Origin: an uncultured candidate division Zixibacteria bacterium
GTDB taxonomy: Bacteria > Zixibacteria > MSB-5A5 > GN15 > FEB-12
Assembly (NCBI GenBank): GCA_963664195.1
Contig: OY760907.1
Coordinates: 416,001-480,000, forward strand
Length of the DNA stretch: 64,000 bases
Direction of reading: 5' to 3'
The notes under the pieces: model-generated
Told to the model about the DNA's origin: nothing
The model's input: only the letters and a program-made list of their open reading frames with translations
Database searches by the model: none
Translations under genes and position numbers: made by a program
Shown: one piece after another, positions 40,623 through 50,409 of the stretch
Position numbering within the stretch: the stretch's first letter is position 1
Layout: each line of letters begins with the position of its first letter

Positions 40623-41059
40623 GATACCCCGGAATGAGGGCGGCAGTTCAGAAGGTCAGTCCCGTCTTCGGGGCTGACGATCACGACCCACTCTCCCCCT
40701 CGACGCAAACTCCCGCTTTGAGCGGGCGCACTATCGTGTGCCGCGCACGCGACTCTTCCCTCTTCGCGGGCACACTCCCACGTACCGCGCACGTGATGCT
40801 GCGCTACGAAGAAAGAAACTCCCCTGCGTACGGAAACGCCTTCGAGAAGAGACCCCACAAACACCAGATTCAGCCCCCGATCAACGCCCGTAATACAGGG
40901 TATTACGGAGAAGAGTGCCCACGGCATCCCCCGGGGTCGATTTGCATCTGGCACAATTCGCAGTCCACACACCTAAGAAGCGACTCGACAGACACTTACC
41001 ATAGTCTCTTGCGTACTGCTGATCCGGGCCGAATGCGGGTGAAAAAAACAACATTCCTC

Positions 41060-41120
41060 TTGAGTAATACAAACGGATTTATTATGTTTCGCGAAGTTAA
41101 GATTGTGAAAATTTTAACGA
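41060..41120 (+). promoter_or_regulatory. Promoter and Rex-like operator for dsrTMKJOP
   Basis: TTGAGT(41060)-17-TATGTT; TTGTGAA-AATT-TTAACGA at 41103-41120. Confidence 0.62.
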
Positions 41121-41176
41121 GTGACGGGTTCCACAACAGTGATGATAGCGTTCCCCTTAGTGTGTGTTGGGGCACA

Positions 41177-41710
41177 ATGCTGACCGACGTGCTTACACAA
41201 CAGCGCGATACCATTTGTGAAAAATGGGTCGAGCGTATTTTTGCGGCCTATCCTCCGGTTACGGCCAAATTTCTTAGCAACAAGAAAGACCAGTTTTCGA
41301 ATCCTGTCGGACATACCATCCGCATGGAAACAAGAGTGCTCTTTGATGCGCTTCTCGACGGAGTCGAGCCGGAAGTACTGAAGACGTCGTTGGATAACAT
41401 CGTCAAGATTCGTACGGTGCAGGACTTCACTGCCGCCCAGGCCGGATCATTTGTCTTTTTGTTGAAGAACGTACTGCGCGAGGAACTCGTAGATCAATTA
41501 GGTGATCGAACGGCAGTCGACGATCTTCTTGCTTTTGAGTCCAAGATCGACGGTCTGGCGCTAATGGCTTTTGACCATTACGTGCACAATAAAGTAAGCA
41601 TATACGAAATCAGGGCACGGGAGGCCAAACGGAAATCCGAGATGCTGATTAAGCAGGTCAACCGGATTTACGATGGGCAGCCGCTCCCGGATGATAAGCA
41701 GGAAAGTTAA
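41177..41710 (+). CDS. dsrT: DsrT (RsbRD-N-like)
   Basis: KDQFSNPVG, IVKIRTVQDF, IDGLALMAFDHY; directly upstream of dsrM. Confidence 0.9.
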   Translation: MLTDVLTQQRDTICEKWVERIFAAYPPVTAKFLSNKKDQFSNPVGHTIRMETRVLFDALLDGVEPEVLKTSLDNIVKIRTVQDFTAAQAGSFVFLLKNVLREELVDQLGDRTAVDDLLAFESKIDGLALMAFDHYVHNKVSIYEIRAREAKRKSEMLIKQVNRIYDGQPLPDDKQES

Positions 41711-41745
41711 GCATACATGAGCAATAGACAGGGAGGAATTGGTAC

Positions 41746-42738
41746 ATGGGAGTCATAATATCCCTCATCGCCGTTCTCATACTTGTTCTTCTGGCATGGA
41801 TAGGAGCAGGCGTCGCAGAGGGTTTCCTCTTCGGAGTCATTCTGCCGTACGCCGCGATAGCAACATTCCTAGTGGGTGTTGTCTATCGAATAGTGTACTG
41901 GGCACGCTCTCCGGTTCCGTTCAGGGTCCCCACCACATGCGGACAGCAGAAGTCGCACTCCTGGATCAAGCAGAACAGCCTTGACAATCCGGATACCGGA
42001 TTCAAAGTAATCCTGCGAATGGCATTGGAGGTTCTGTTCTTCCGTTCGCTGTTCCGCAACACCAAGACTGAGGTCAAGGAAGGTCCGAAAATCACCTACA
42101 CCGCTGACAAGTTTTTGTGGGCGGGTTCGCTGGCTTTCCACTGGTCGTTCCTGATTATCTTTGTTCGGCACTTCAAGTATTTTGCCGAGCCGGTACCACA
42201 GTGGATCGTGACGATTCAGGAGCTGGATGGATTGTTCCAGGTTGGATTGCCGATCATTCTGTTGACCGACCTGGTCATTCTTGGTGCTCTCACTTATCTG
42301 TTCTTCAGGCGCGTAGTCGATCCGAAACTGCGTTACCTGTCGATGCCTGGTGATTACTTCCCGCTGTTCCTCATCATGAGCATCGCCGTCTCCGGCGTCT
42401 GCATGAGGTATTTTGCCAAAACGGATCTGACCGCTATAAAGGCGCTCGGTACCGGTTTGCTGAGTCTCCACCCGGTGGTGCCGGAGGGAATCAGCGTGGT
42501 GTTCTTCATTCACCTGTTCCTGGTCAGCACGCTGATCGCTTACTTCCCGTTCAGCAAGCTGTTGCATTTCGCAGGCGTCTTCATGAGCCCCACCCGTAAC
42601 CTGGCCAACAACAACCGTATGCGCCGTCATGTCAATCCCTGGGATTACCCGGTCAAGAACCATACTTACGAAGAGTATGAGGATGAGTTCAGGGACGTCA
42701 TGAAAGCCGCCGGATTGCCGGTAGATAAGGAAGAATAG
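41746..42738 (+). CDS. dsrM: DsrM membrane b-type cytochrome
   Basis: PVPFRVPTTCGQ, FHWSF, HLFLV, FPFSKLLH, PTRNLANNNR. Confidence 0.95.
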   Translation: MGVIISLIAVLILVLLAWIGAGVAEGFLFGVILPYAAIATFLVGVVYRIVYWARSPVPFRVPTTCGQQKSHSWIKQNSLDNPDTGFKVILRMALEVLFFRSLFRNTKTEVKEGPKITYTADKFLWAGSLAFHWSFLIIFVRHFKYFAEPVPQWIVTIQELDGLFQVGLPIILLTDLVILGALTYLFFRRVVDPKLRYLSMPGDYFPLFLIMSIAVSGVCMRYFAKTDLTAIKALGTGLLSLHPVVPEGISVVFFIHLFLVSTLIAYFPFSKLLHFAGVFMSPTRNLANNNRMRRHVNPWDYPVKNHTYEEYEDEFRDVMKAAGLPVDKEE

Positions 42739-42741
42739 TCT

Positions 42742-44361
42742 ATGTCAGAGGATATAAAGAAGCCAGAGGAGATGGGCAAGATCGAGTTCCAGCCCAACAA
42801 GAACGGCTGGCAAGACCCCTCTGTGGAATTCCGCAAGGGGACCTGGAACTACGCTGCGGTGCCAGAGACTCTCGAGTATCTGGACCTTGCCAATCCGCGC
42901 AAGTGGCAGCCTACCGACGACGATTGGCAGCTTCCGGACAACTGGCAGCAGATCGTCTTCGAGGGATTCCGTGAACGCCTCGATAAGTATCGCACTTTGA
43001 AAGTATTCATGGATATCTGCGTGCGCTGCGGCGCCTGCGCGGACAAGTGCCACTACTTCATCGGCGGCGGTGACCCCAAGAATATGCCGGTGATGAGAGC
43101 CGAGTTGCTAAGGTCGGTCTATCGCAACGATTTCACCACATTCGGTAAGATATTCGGCAAGATGGCCGGAAGCCGCAAGATGACGGTGCAAGTGCTCAAG
43201 GAGTGGTTCTACTACTTCTACCAGTGCACGGAATGCCGCCGCTGTTCGGTCTTCTGTCCGTACGGTATTGACACGGCCGAGATCACGATGATGGCTCGCG
43301 AGATCATGAACCTGCTCGGCCTGAGTATCGAGTGGATTTGTACTCCGCTGTCGAACTGTTTCCGAACCGGTAACCATCTTGGTATTCAGCCGCACGGTTT
43401 TGCCGACAGCATCGAGTTCGCCGTTGACGAGCTTGAGGAACTGACCGGTGTAAGAGTCAACGCTCCCATGAACAAAAAGGGCGCAGAGATTCTGTTTGTG
43501 GCACCTTCGGCGGATTATTTCGCGTCGCCTCACTACTACACACTGCTCGGGTACTTGATGCTGTTCCACGAGATCGGTCTCGATTATACCTGGAGCTCTT
43601 ACGCCTCTGAAGGCGGCAACTTCGGTCTCTTCCACTCGGCGGAGATGATGAAGAGGCTGAATTCGAAGATATATCTGGAAGCCAAACGACTCGGTGTCAA
43701 ATGGATTCTCGGCGGTGAGTGTGGCCACATGTGGCGCGTGCTCAACCAGTACATGGATACGCTCAACGGCCCGGCCGACTTCCTCGAAGTTCCGAAGTCG
43801 CCGATCACCGGCACGGTTTTCGAGAACGCCAAGTCGACGAAAATGGTGCACATCACCGAATTCACTTCGGATCTGATCAAGCATGACAAGATCAAGTTGG
43901 ACCCGAGCCGTAACGATCACTGGAAGACGACCTTCCATGATTCCTGCAACCCGGCCCGAGCCATGGGTTTGTTTGAGGAGCCACGCTATGTAATCAACGC
44001 CGCGTGCAACTCGTTCACCGAGATGCCTGAAAACACGATCAAGGAGCAGACCTTCTGCTGTGGATCAGGCTCCGGTGTTGGTACTGATGAAAACATGGAA
44101 ATGCGGCTGCGCGGCGGGCTCCCGAGAGCGAACGCCGTGAAGCATGTCAAGGAACATAACGACGTAAACATACTGCTGTGCATCTGCGCTATCGACAAGG
44201 CAACCCTGCCCCCGCTGCTTGAGTACTGGGTACCGGATGTCGAGGTCGGTGGCATTCATGAGATGGTTGGCAATGCCCTCATTATGACGGGCGAGAACGA
44301 CAGGCCGACCGATCTGAGAGGCACACCATACCCGGGAAAGGAGGAGAGTGAAGATGTTTGA
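42742..44361 (+). CDS. dsrK: DsrK (HdrD-like Fe-S subunit)
   Basis: CVRCGACADKC, CTECRRCSVFCP, GECGHMWR, HDSCN, TFCCGSG. Confidence 0.96.
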   Translation: MSEDIKKPEEMGKIEFQPNKNGWQDPSVEFRKGTWNYAAVPETLEYLDLANPRKWQPTDDDWQLPDNWQQIVFEGFRERLDKYRTLKVFMDICVRCGACADKCHYFIGGGDPKNMPVMRAELLRSVYRNDFTTFGKIFGKMAGSRKMTVQVLKEWFYYFYQCTECRRCSVFCPYGIDTAEITMMAREIMNLLGLSIEWICTPLSNCFRTGNHLGIQPHGFADSIEFAVDELEELTGVRVNAPMNKKGAEILFVAPSADYFASPHYYTLLGYLMLFHEIGLDYTWSSYASEGGNFGLFHSAEMMKRLNSKIYLEAKRLGVKWILGGECGHMWRVLNQYMDTLNGPADFLEVPKSPITGTVFENAKSTKMVHITEFTSDLIKHDKIKLDPSRNDHWKTTFHDSCNPARAMGLFEEPRYVINAACNSFTEMPENTIKEQTFCCGSGSGVGTDENMEMRLRGGLPRANAVKHVKEHNDVNILLCICAIDKATLPPLLEYWVPDVEVGGIHEMVGNALIMTGENDRPTDLRGTPYPGKEESEDV

Positions 44362-44740
44362 TAGCGGAAAAGTCATTCTGGGATTGGTCATTTTCCTGGC
44401 GCTCATCACTTTCCCGATCTGGTACAACGTAGCCAACGACAAGGCCGGCTACTCGCCGGAAATCGAAAAGGCTGCCAGGGGCGAGAACTGTGTCCGGGAC
44501 TCGGCCTGGATGACCGGCAATCACATGGACCTGCTCAACGAGTGGCGGGACCAGGTAGTTCGCGAGGGTGAACGGTACGAGGTTGGTGCTGACGGTGTCA
44601 AGTACGAGCGAAGCCTGTCAAACACCTGTCTGAATTGCCACGAGAACAAAGATCAGTTCTGTGACAAGTGTCACGACTACCTCGGCGTCGAGCCGTACTG
44701 TTGGGACTGTCACGTTGTGCCAAAGGAGATTCAGCCATGA
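44354..44740 (+). CDS. dsrJ: DsrJ triheme cytochrome c
   Basis: N-terminal TM, NHMDLLNEWRD, three CxxCH motifs (CLNCH, CDKCH, CWDCH). GTG 44348 is an alternative start. Confidence 0.93.
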   Translation: MFDSGKVILGLVIFLALITFPIWYNVANDKAGYSPEIEKAARGENCVRDSAWMTGNHMDLLNEWRDQVVREGERYEVGADGVKYERSLSNTCLNCHENKDQFCDKCHDYLGVEPYCWDCHVVPKEIQP

Positions 44741-45540
44741 GTGGAGATAGAAGGAAATTCCTAAAACTTGCCAGTCTCACGGCACTGGGTCTCGCGGGCG
44801 CTCCGACCGGGCTGCTCTCTCAGGAAACTGAGACGGTAGACAGCGCGGCGGCCGAGATTGTCGAGAAGATGACGGGATCAAAGGCGCCGATCACCGGCAA
44901 ACGCTGGGCAATGGTCATTGATCTGAAGAAGTGTCGCGAGGCCGGTGATTGCAACAAGTGCGCCGAGGCATGTCACCTCGCTCACAATGTGCCGAAATTC
45001 GACAACACCAAGGACGAGGTCAAGTGGATTTGGAAGGAATCCTTCCACCACGCCTTCCACGAACAGGAACACGAGTTCCTCGACGACGAGACCAAGCACG
45101 GTCCGGCGCTCGTCCTGTGTAATCATTGTGACAACCCGCCCTGCGTACGCGTCTGCCCCACCCAGGCGACCTGGAAACGGGAGCAAGACGGTATCGTCAT
45201 GATGGACTGGCACCGGTGTATCGGCTGCCGGTACTGTGTGGTGGCCTGTCCGTACGGTTCGCGCAGTTTCAACTGGCGGGACCCGAGACCGCACATCAAG
45301 AAGATCCAGGCAGACTTTCCGACCCGGTCTCGCGGTGTAGTCGAGAAATGCACGTTCTGTGCTGAACGACTGGCTCGTGGTGAGATGCCCTCGTGTGTCG
45401 AGGCATGCGAGGCCAAGGCAATTGTCTTTGGCGATCTGGAGGATCCGCACTCCGAAGTCCGGACACTCCTCGAAGAGCATTTTACTATCAGACGCAAACC
45501 CGGACTCGGAACTCAGCCCGAAGTCTACTACATAGTGTGA
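44737..45540 (+). CDS. dsrO: DsrO (NrfC-like periplasmic Fe-S protein)
   Basis: Tat signal DRRKFLK, CNHCDNPPCVRVCP, CIGCRYCVVACP, KCTFC. Confidence 0.94.
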   Translation: MSGDRRKFLKLASLTALGLAGAPTGLLSQETETVDSAAAEIVEKMTGSKAPITGKRWAMVIDLKKCREAGDCNKCAEACHLAHNVPKFDNTKDEVKWIWKESFHHAFHEQEHEFLDDETKHGPALVLCNHCDNPPCVRVCPTQATWKREQDGIVMMDWHRCIGCRYCVVACPYGSRSFNWRDPRPHIKKIQADFPTRSRGVVEKCTFCAERLARGEMPSCVEACEAKAIVFGDLEDPHSEVRTLLEEHFTIRRKPGLGTQPEVYYIV

Positions 45541-45547
45541 GGGAATC

Positions 45548-46705
45548 ATGTTAGAAAAAGCACTTAGTGGAAGCAAAGGCTACTGGTCCTGGGTGATCGC
45601 TCTCGGAGCGTTGATAGGTATCGGTACGCTCTTCTTCCTGAAGCAGTATAATGAAGGTCTGACCATCACCGGCATGAGCCGTGACGTTACCTGGGGATTC
45701 TACATTGCCCAGCTTACGTTCCTCGTCGGTGTGGCCGCCTCCGCCGTCATGGTAGTGCTGCCGTACTACCTGCATAATTACAAGGCATTTGGCAAGATCA
45801 CGATTCTGGGTGAGTTTATCGCGATCCCGTCGGTTATTATGTGTATGACGTTCGTGTTTGTGGACATGGGACAGCCATTCCGCATTCTGAATGTCTTTTT
45901 GTATCCGACGTTCCACTCGATGATGTTCTGGGACACAGTGGTGCTTTCGGGCTACCTCGTTCTGAACATCATCATCAGTCGCGTGACGCTCGACGCCGAG
46001 CGCAAAGCGGTCGCTCCGCCGAAATGGATCAAACCTCTGATTATCCTGTCGATTCCTTGGGCTGTCAGTATTCACACGGTCACGGCATTCCTGTATGCCG
46101 GCCTGGCCGCGCGCCCGTTCTGGCTGACGGCCATTCTGGCACCGCGCTTTCTGGCTTCGGCCTTTGCGGCGGGTCCGGCTCTGTTGTTGATCTTCTGCTT
46201 TGTCTTGAAGAAGTTCACGAAATTCGACGCCGGCAAAGAAGCTATCCAGAAAGTGGCAGTCATTGTAACCTACGCCATGGCCGTCAATGTGTTCTTTGTC
46301 CTGATGGAGATATTCACAGCAGTGTACTCTGATATGCCGGAGCATGTAGCTCATTTTGAGTATATGTATTTCGGCCTCGACGGCAAAGCGGTACTGGCCC
46401 CGTTCATGTGGGCGTCGGCCGTATTCGCCGTGCTCTCGCTGATCCTGTTGATCGTCCCGAAATTCCGCAAAAACGAGAAGATGCTGCTATTCGCCTGTGT
46501 CATCACGTTTTTGTCGCTGTGGATTGACAAGGGACTCGGCCTGGTCGTGATCGGATTCATCCCGAACCCGCTCGGCGTAGTCACGGAATACTTCCCGACC
46601 TTCCCGGAGATGATGATTGCGGTAGGGATCTACTCTCTCGGGCTCCTGGTCGTCACCGGTCTGTATAAGATTGCAATGACGGTACGGGGACACGTCGCAA
46701 GGTAA
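45548..46705 (+). CDS. dsrP: DsrP (NrfD-like membrane protein)
   Basis: TGMSRDVTWG, FLVGVAASAV, WAVSIHTVTAF, PRFLASAF. Confidence 0.95.
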   Translation: MLEKALSGSKGYWSWVIALGALIGIGTLFFLKQYNEGLTITGMSRDVTWGFYIAQLTFLVGVAASAVMVVLPYYLHNYKAFGKITILGEFIAIPSVIMCMTFVFVDMGQPFRILNVFLYPTFHSMMFWDTVVLSGYLVLNIIISRVTLDAERKAVAPPKWIKPLIILSIPWAVSIHTVTAFLYAGLAARPFWLTAILAPRFLASAFAAGPALLLIFCFVLKKFTKFDAGKEAIQKVAVIVTYAMAVNVFFVLMEIFTAVYSDMPEHVAHFEYMYFGLDGKAVLAPFMWASAVFAVLSLILLIVPKFRKNEKMLLFACVITFLSLWIDKGLGLVVIGFIPNPLGVVTEYFPTFPEMMIAVGIYSLGLLVVTGLYKIAMTVRGHVAR

Positions 46706-46752
46706 GACGATGCACGCCACCGGCGGTGGTAAGGCAGAAGTTGAGACTAACC

Positions 46753-46781
46753 GGGGCCGCATCTACTGCGGCCCCTTTTTT
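46753..46781 (+). terminator. Rho-independent terminator after dsrP
   Basis: Stem GGGGCCGCA/TGCGGCCCC followed by T6; ends about 11 nt before the next ATG. Confidence 0.75.
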
Positions 46782-46792
46782 ATGGAACGCAA

Positions 46793-48475
46793 ATGGACAA
46801 GTCAGATTTTGTGATCATCGGCGGCGTGGCCGCGGGACCAAAGACAGCCGCAACTCTCGCCCGGCGTATGCCAGAAGCAACTATCACCGTATTCCAGAAG
46901 GAAGACCGGATATCTTACGGAACCTGCGGCATGCCGTATTTCGCCTCGGGCGACATCAACAGCTTCGAAGAACTCACGCAGACATCGTACGGCGTAGCTC
47001 GCTCACCGGAATTCTTTCACAAGTCGAAAGGATTCGACGTCACTACCGGCGCGGAAGTCATCAAGATCGACCGCAAGAGAAAGGCCGTCACAGTCAAGCT
47101 GCTGGCCTCCGGTGAAATATTCGAGCACAGCTACGGTAAACTGGTGATCGCCACCGGGTCCTCGGCTAACAAACCTCCTTTCCCGTGTGCAGAGAGTCCG
47201 AAGATCAGCGCGTTCACGCGCCCTGACGATGCCATCGCGTTTCGCAAGGCGGCACAAACCGGTCAGGTCGGCAAGGCTGTTGTTATCGGCGGAGGGTTCA
47301 TCGGACTCGAAGTTGCCGAAGCGGCCGGTGGACTCTGGGGGATCGAAGTCACACTGATTGAAAGAGAGAATCAGCTTCTCCCGCAGGTACTCGATATCGA
47401 GATGGCTGAACTCGCGAAGAGAGAGTTAATCCGACAGGACGTTGAAGTACTCACCGGCAGCACGGTCGAAAAGGTCGAGTTGGACGATGACGGCGACCCG
47501 GTCGTATTTGTAGCAGGAAAAGAGAGCATAACGGCGGATTACGTATTTCTGTGTCTCGGAGTACACCCGGAAATCGGGCTGGCGAAGGACTGCGGACTGG
47601 AAATCGGCTCAACCGGAGCAATCAGGGTCAACGAGCAGATGCAGACTTCCGACGAAAATATCTTTGCCGGCGGCGACTGCGTGGAGAATGTCAACTGCGT
47701 TTCCGACCTGCCGATGTACATCCCTATGGGATCGCTGGCCAATCGCCACGGACGGGTCATCGCTGAGAATCTGGCTGGAAACACGTGCTCGTTCCCGAAA
47801 GTAACCGGCGCGTTCCTGGTCAAAGTGTTTGATACAAATGTCGGCGCGGTCGGCCTTTCGGAAGAAGCGGCAAAGAGAGCCGGAATACCGGCGGCCTCGC
47901 TGTGGGGCACATTCCCAGACAAACCCGACTATTATCCTGAGAGCATGGTGATTGTTCTCAAGATGGTCTACAACCCAGAAAACAACCGCCTTCTCGGCTT
48001 GCAGGCTGCCGGGGTTGGGGATATTTGCCGACGGATCGACGTCTTCTCATCCTTCCTGCAGCGCACCGCGAGGGTCGAGGATTTACTTGATTTCGAGCAA
48101 GGGTACGCTCCCCCCTACTCTGAGGCGCTGGACCCGCTGCATCATCTGGCCGGGATGGTGGCTGCGCGGAAGACAGGTTTGAAGTTCGCCAGCCCCGGCA
48201 CGATTCTGAAAACGTGCAAAAACACGCAGTTCGTTGATGTCCGCGAACCTGAGGAATTCGAAGCCACTTCAAAGAACGGTACTTACGGAGGCATAAAAGT
48301 AGTTCATATCCCCTTGAATGACCTGCGGGAACGACTTCCGGAGCTTGAATCAAGCCGAAAAACGCTGATAATCTGCCGACGCGGCCCCAGATCGTATCAG
48401 GCAGCGGTAATCCTGCGCTCTGCCGGGTTCAAACAGGTAGAAATTCTTGCCGGAGGCTTGCAAACACGGGAGTGA
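46793..48475 (+). CDS. CoA-disulfide reductase-rhodanese fusion (Npsr-like persulfide reductase)
   Basis: GGVAAG, redox Cys in SYGTCGMPY, GGGFIGLE, YAPPYS, rhodanese domain DVREPEE...CRRGPRS. Confidence 0.85.
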   Translation: MDKSDFVIIGGVAAGPKTAATLARRMPEATITVFQKEDRISYGTCGMPYFASGDINSFEELTQTSYGVARSPEFFHKSKGFDVTTGAEVIKIDRKRKAVTVKLLASGEIFEHSYGKLVIATGSSANKPPFPCAESPKISAFTRPDDAIAFRKAAQTGQVGKAVVIGGGFIGLEVAEAAGGLWGIEVTLIERENQLLPQVLDIEMAELAKRELIRQDVEVLTGSTVEKVELDDDGDPVVFVAGKESITADYVFLCLGVHPEIGLAKDCGLEIGSTGAIRVNEQMQTSDENIFAGGDCVENVNCVSDLPMYIPMGSLANRHGRVIAENLAGNTCSFPKVTGAFLVKVFDTNVGAVGLSEEAAKRAGIPAASLWGTFPDKPDYYPESMVIVLKMVYNPENNRLLGLQAAGVGDICRRIDVFSSFLQRTARVEDLLDFEQGYAPPYSEALDPLHHLAGMVAARKTGLKFASPGTILKTCKNTQFVDVREPEEFEATSKNGTYGGIKVVHIPLNDLRERLPELESSRKTLIICRRGPRSYQAAVILRSAGFKQVEILAGGLQTRE

Positions 48476-48527
48476 TTGTGCATATTCCCTGTCCTGAATT
48501 GACCGGAAACGTGAAGGAAGCAGGTCT

Positions 48528-49742
48528 ATGACATCTGGAAGCTGGCGACTGGTCGTCTGCGGCATTACCCATACAACCTCGACCCTGGAACAGCGGGAGC
48601 CTCTCCAATTGGCACGGGAAGAGATGGCGAGCGCCAACGCGGCCTTCGGCAATCTCTCGCGCGTGATGGAATCGCTGATTGTATCGACCTGTAATCGAGT
48701 CGAATTCTACTTCGTCACGGCACGTGAGAACGACCCGTTTGAAGTCGTAGCTGAGTTCTATAAGAACTTCAAGGGTATAAACTTAACTGCCTGCAGAGAC
48801 CTCTTTAGATCGCGCAAGGGTGCCCACGCCGCTTCCCAGCTCTTCCACGTCGCAGCTGGCATGGACTCCATGGTGCTCGGTGAAAACCAGATTCTTGGTC
48901 AGTTGAAAGAAGCATACGGTTCTGCCTGTGCAGTGAAATCGACCGGCAAACTGGTACATCGTCTGTTCCACCAGGCTTTCCGCATCGGCAAGCAGGTTCG
49001 CTCCGATACGGAGATGGGCAAAGGTATCTGCTCGGTGTCATCGGCGGCAATGGACCTGCTCAAGACGAGAATTCAGGACATTGTCGACCCGGAGATTCTG
49101 TTTATCGGTTCCAACCGCATGATCACACTGGCAGCCGACAACCTGAGCCGTCGCGATGATGCCAAATTCACGTTTGCCAATCGCACGCCGGAAAAGGCGG
49201 TCGTTCTGGCCGAGAAGTACCGCAGCGAAGGGCACGGGTTGGACAGTCTGACCGACCTGATCGCAAAAGCGGACGTGGTTGTGAGTTGTACCTCGGCGAC
49301 CGAGCCGGTCATCACACACAGAATGGTTGAGGACGCCATGGCCGCTCGCGGCGACCGAAGGCTGACTGTCGTTGATCTGGCGATACCTCGTGATGTCGAT
49401 TTTGGCAAGGTGGACCATGAGTTGGTCAACGTAAACGATCTGGACGATATCAAGGCGTTCGTTGCCGATCAACAGGCCAAGCGGGAATTGGCTCTCCCCC
49501 AGGCCGAGCAAATCATCGAGAGCAAACTCAGCGAATTCACGTATTGGATGCAGCACGTAATGCAGGAGCCGATTTACAACGGCCAGTCGAATACCATCGA
49601 GGCCATCCGCGCCGAGGAACTGGCCTCAATTCTGGACCGCCTCACGCCGGAGCTGCAATCTGAACTCAACCAGGTTACCCGCAAAATGGTTAATCGCGTA
49701 ATACAGGTGACCAGCAGATCGGTCGCCGATCATTCGGAGTAG
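48528..49742 (+). CDS. hemA: Glutamyl-tRNA reductase
   Basis: STCNRVE, GMDSMVLGENQILGQ, SVSSAA, ANRT, DLAIPRD. Confidence 0.93.
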   Translation: MTSGSWRLVVCGITHTTSTLEQREPLQLAREEMASANAAFGNLSRVMESLIVSTCNRVEFYFVTARENDPFEVVAEFYKNFKGINLTACRDLFRSRKGAHAASQLFHVAAGMDSMVLGENQILGQLKEAYGSACAVKSTGKLVHRLFHQAFRIGKQVRSDTEMGKGICSVSSAAMDLLKTRIQDIVDPEILFIGSNRMITLAADNLSRRDDAKFTFANRTPEKAVVLAEKYRSEGHGLDSLTDLIAKADVVVSCTSATEPVITHRMVEDAMAARGDRRLTVVDLAIPRDVDFGKVDHELVNVNDLDDIKAFVADQQAKRELALPQAEQIIESKLSEFTYWMQHVMQEPIYNGQSNTIEAIRAEELASILDRLTPELQSELNQVTRKMVNRVIQVTSRSVADHSE

Positions 49743-49747
49743 GAAAA

Positions 49748-50383
49748 ATGTCACACGAATACATGCCTATCAGCCTGACAATGAAAGGCCGCAAGTGCCT
49801 CGTGGTGGGGGGCGGTACTATCGCCAGCCGCAAAGTTGAAACGCTGCTCACATACAACACGAAGGTCACAGTAGTCGCACCGGAGATCGACGCAGATTTG
49901 ACGAAACTCGAAGGCGAAAATCTCACGCTGAAAAAACGGGAATACAAGTCACCGGAAGCTGCAACCTTTGATCTGGTCATTGCCGCCAGCGACAACGATC
50001 AGCTTAACCGTCAGGTTTGCGAAGATGCTCGTGGCGCGGGCGTACTGGTGAACGTAGTCGATGCCCCCAGTTTCTGTGACTTCATTTTCCCGGCGGTGAT
50101 CCGTCGCGACTGCCTCACCACTTCGATATCGACCGACGGCAAAGCCCCGTTCATGTCCGCAAACCTTCGCGCGATCCTTGAAAACATGTTCCCGAAACAC
50201 TGGAACCGCATGATGGCGATGGCCGCGATCTATCGCCAAAAGGTCCAGAAATCGTTCCCTGAGGACCAGGGGAAAAAGGCCTCCGCCTATACTAAATTCG
50301 TTGAGGCCGACTGGTCGAAAATACTCGATGAAATGAATAACGCCGAGATCGAAGCGGAACTGGACGAATGGCTCAAGGCGTGA
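49748..50383 (+). CDS. Precorrin-2 dehydrogenase / sirohydrochlorin ferrochelatase (SirC/Met8/CysG-N type)
   Basis: LVVGGGTIASRK, NVVDAPSFCDFIFPA, ISTDGKAP. Confidence 0.9.
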   Translation: MSHEYMPISLTMKGRKCLVVGGGTIASRKVETLLTYNTKVTVVAPEIDADLTKLEGENLTLKKREYKSPEAATFDLVIAASDNDQLNRQVCEDARGAGVLVNVVDAPSFCDFIFPAVIRRDCLTTSISTDGKAPFMSANLRAILENMFPKHWNRMMAMAAIYRQKVQKSFPEDQGKKASAYTKFVEADWSKILDEMNNAEIEAELDEWLKA

Positions 50384-50409
50384 AGCCCGCCCCACGGGAG
50401 CAGTAACTG

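Noticed and set aside
40634..41176. Long N-terminal extension of DsrT in the ORF track
   Set aside because: The region contains REP-like elements, a promoter and an operator; DsrT-like sequence starts at ATG 41177.
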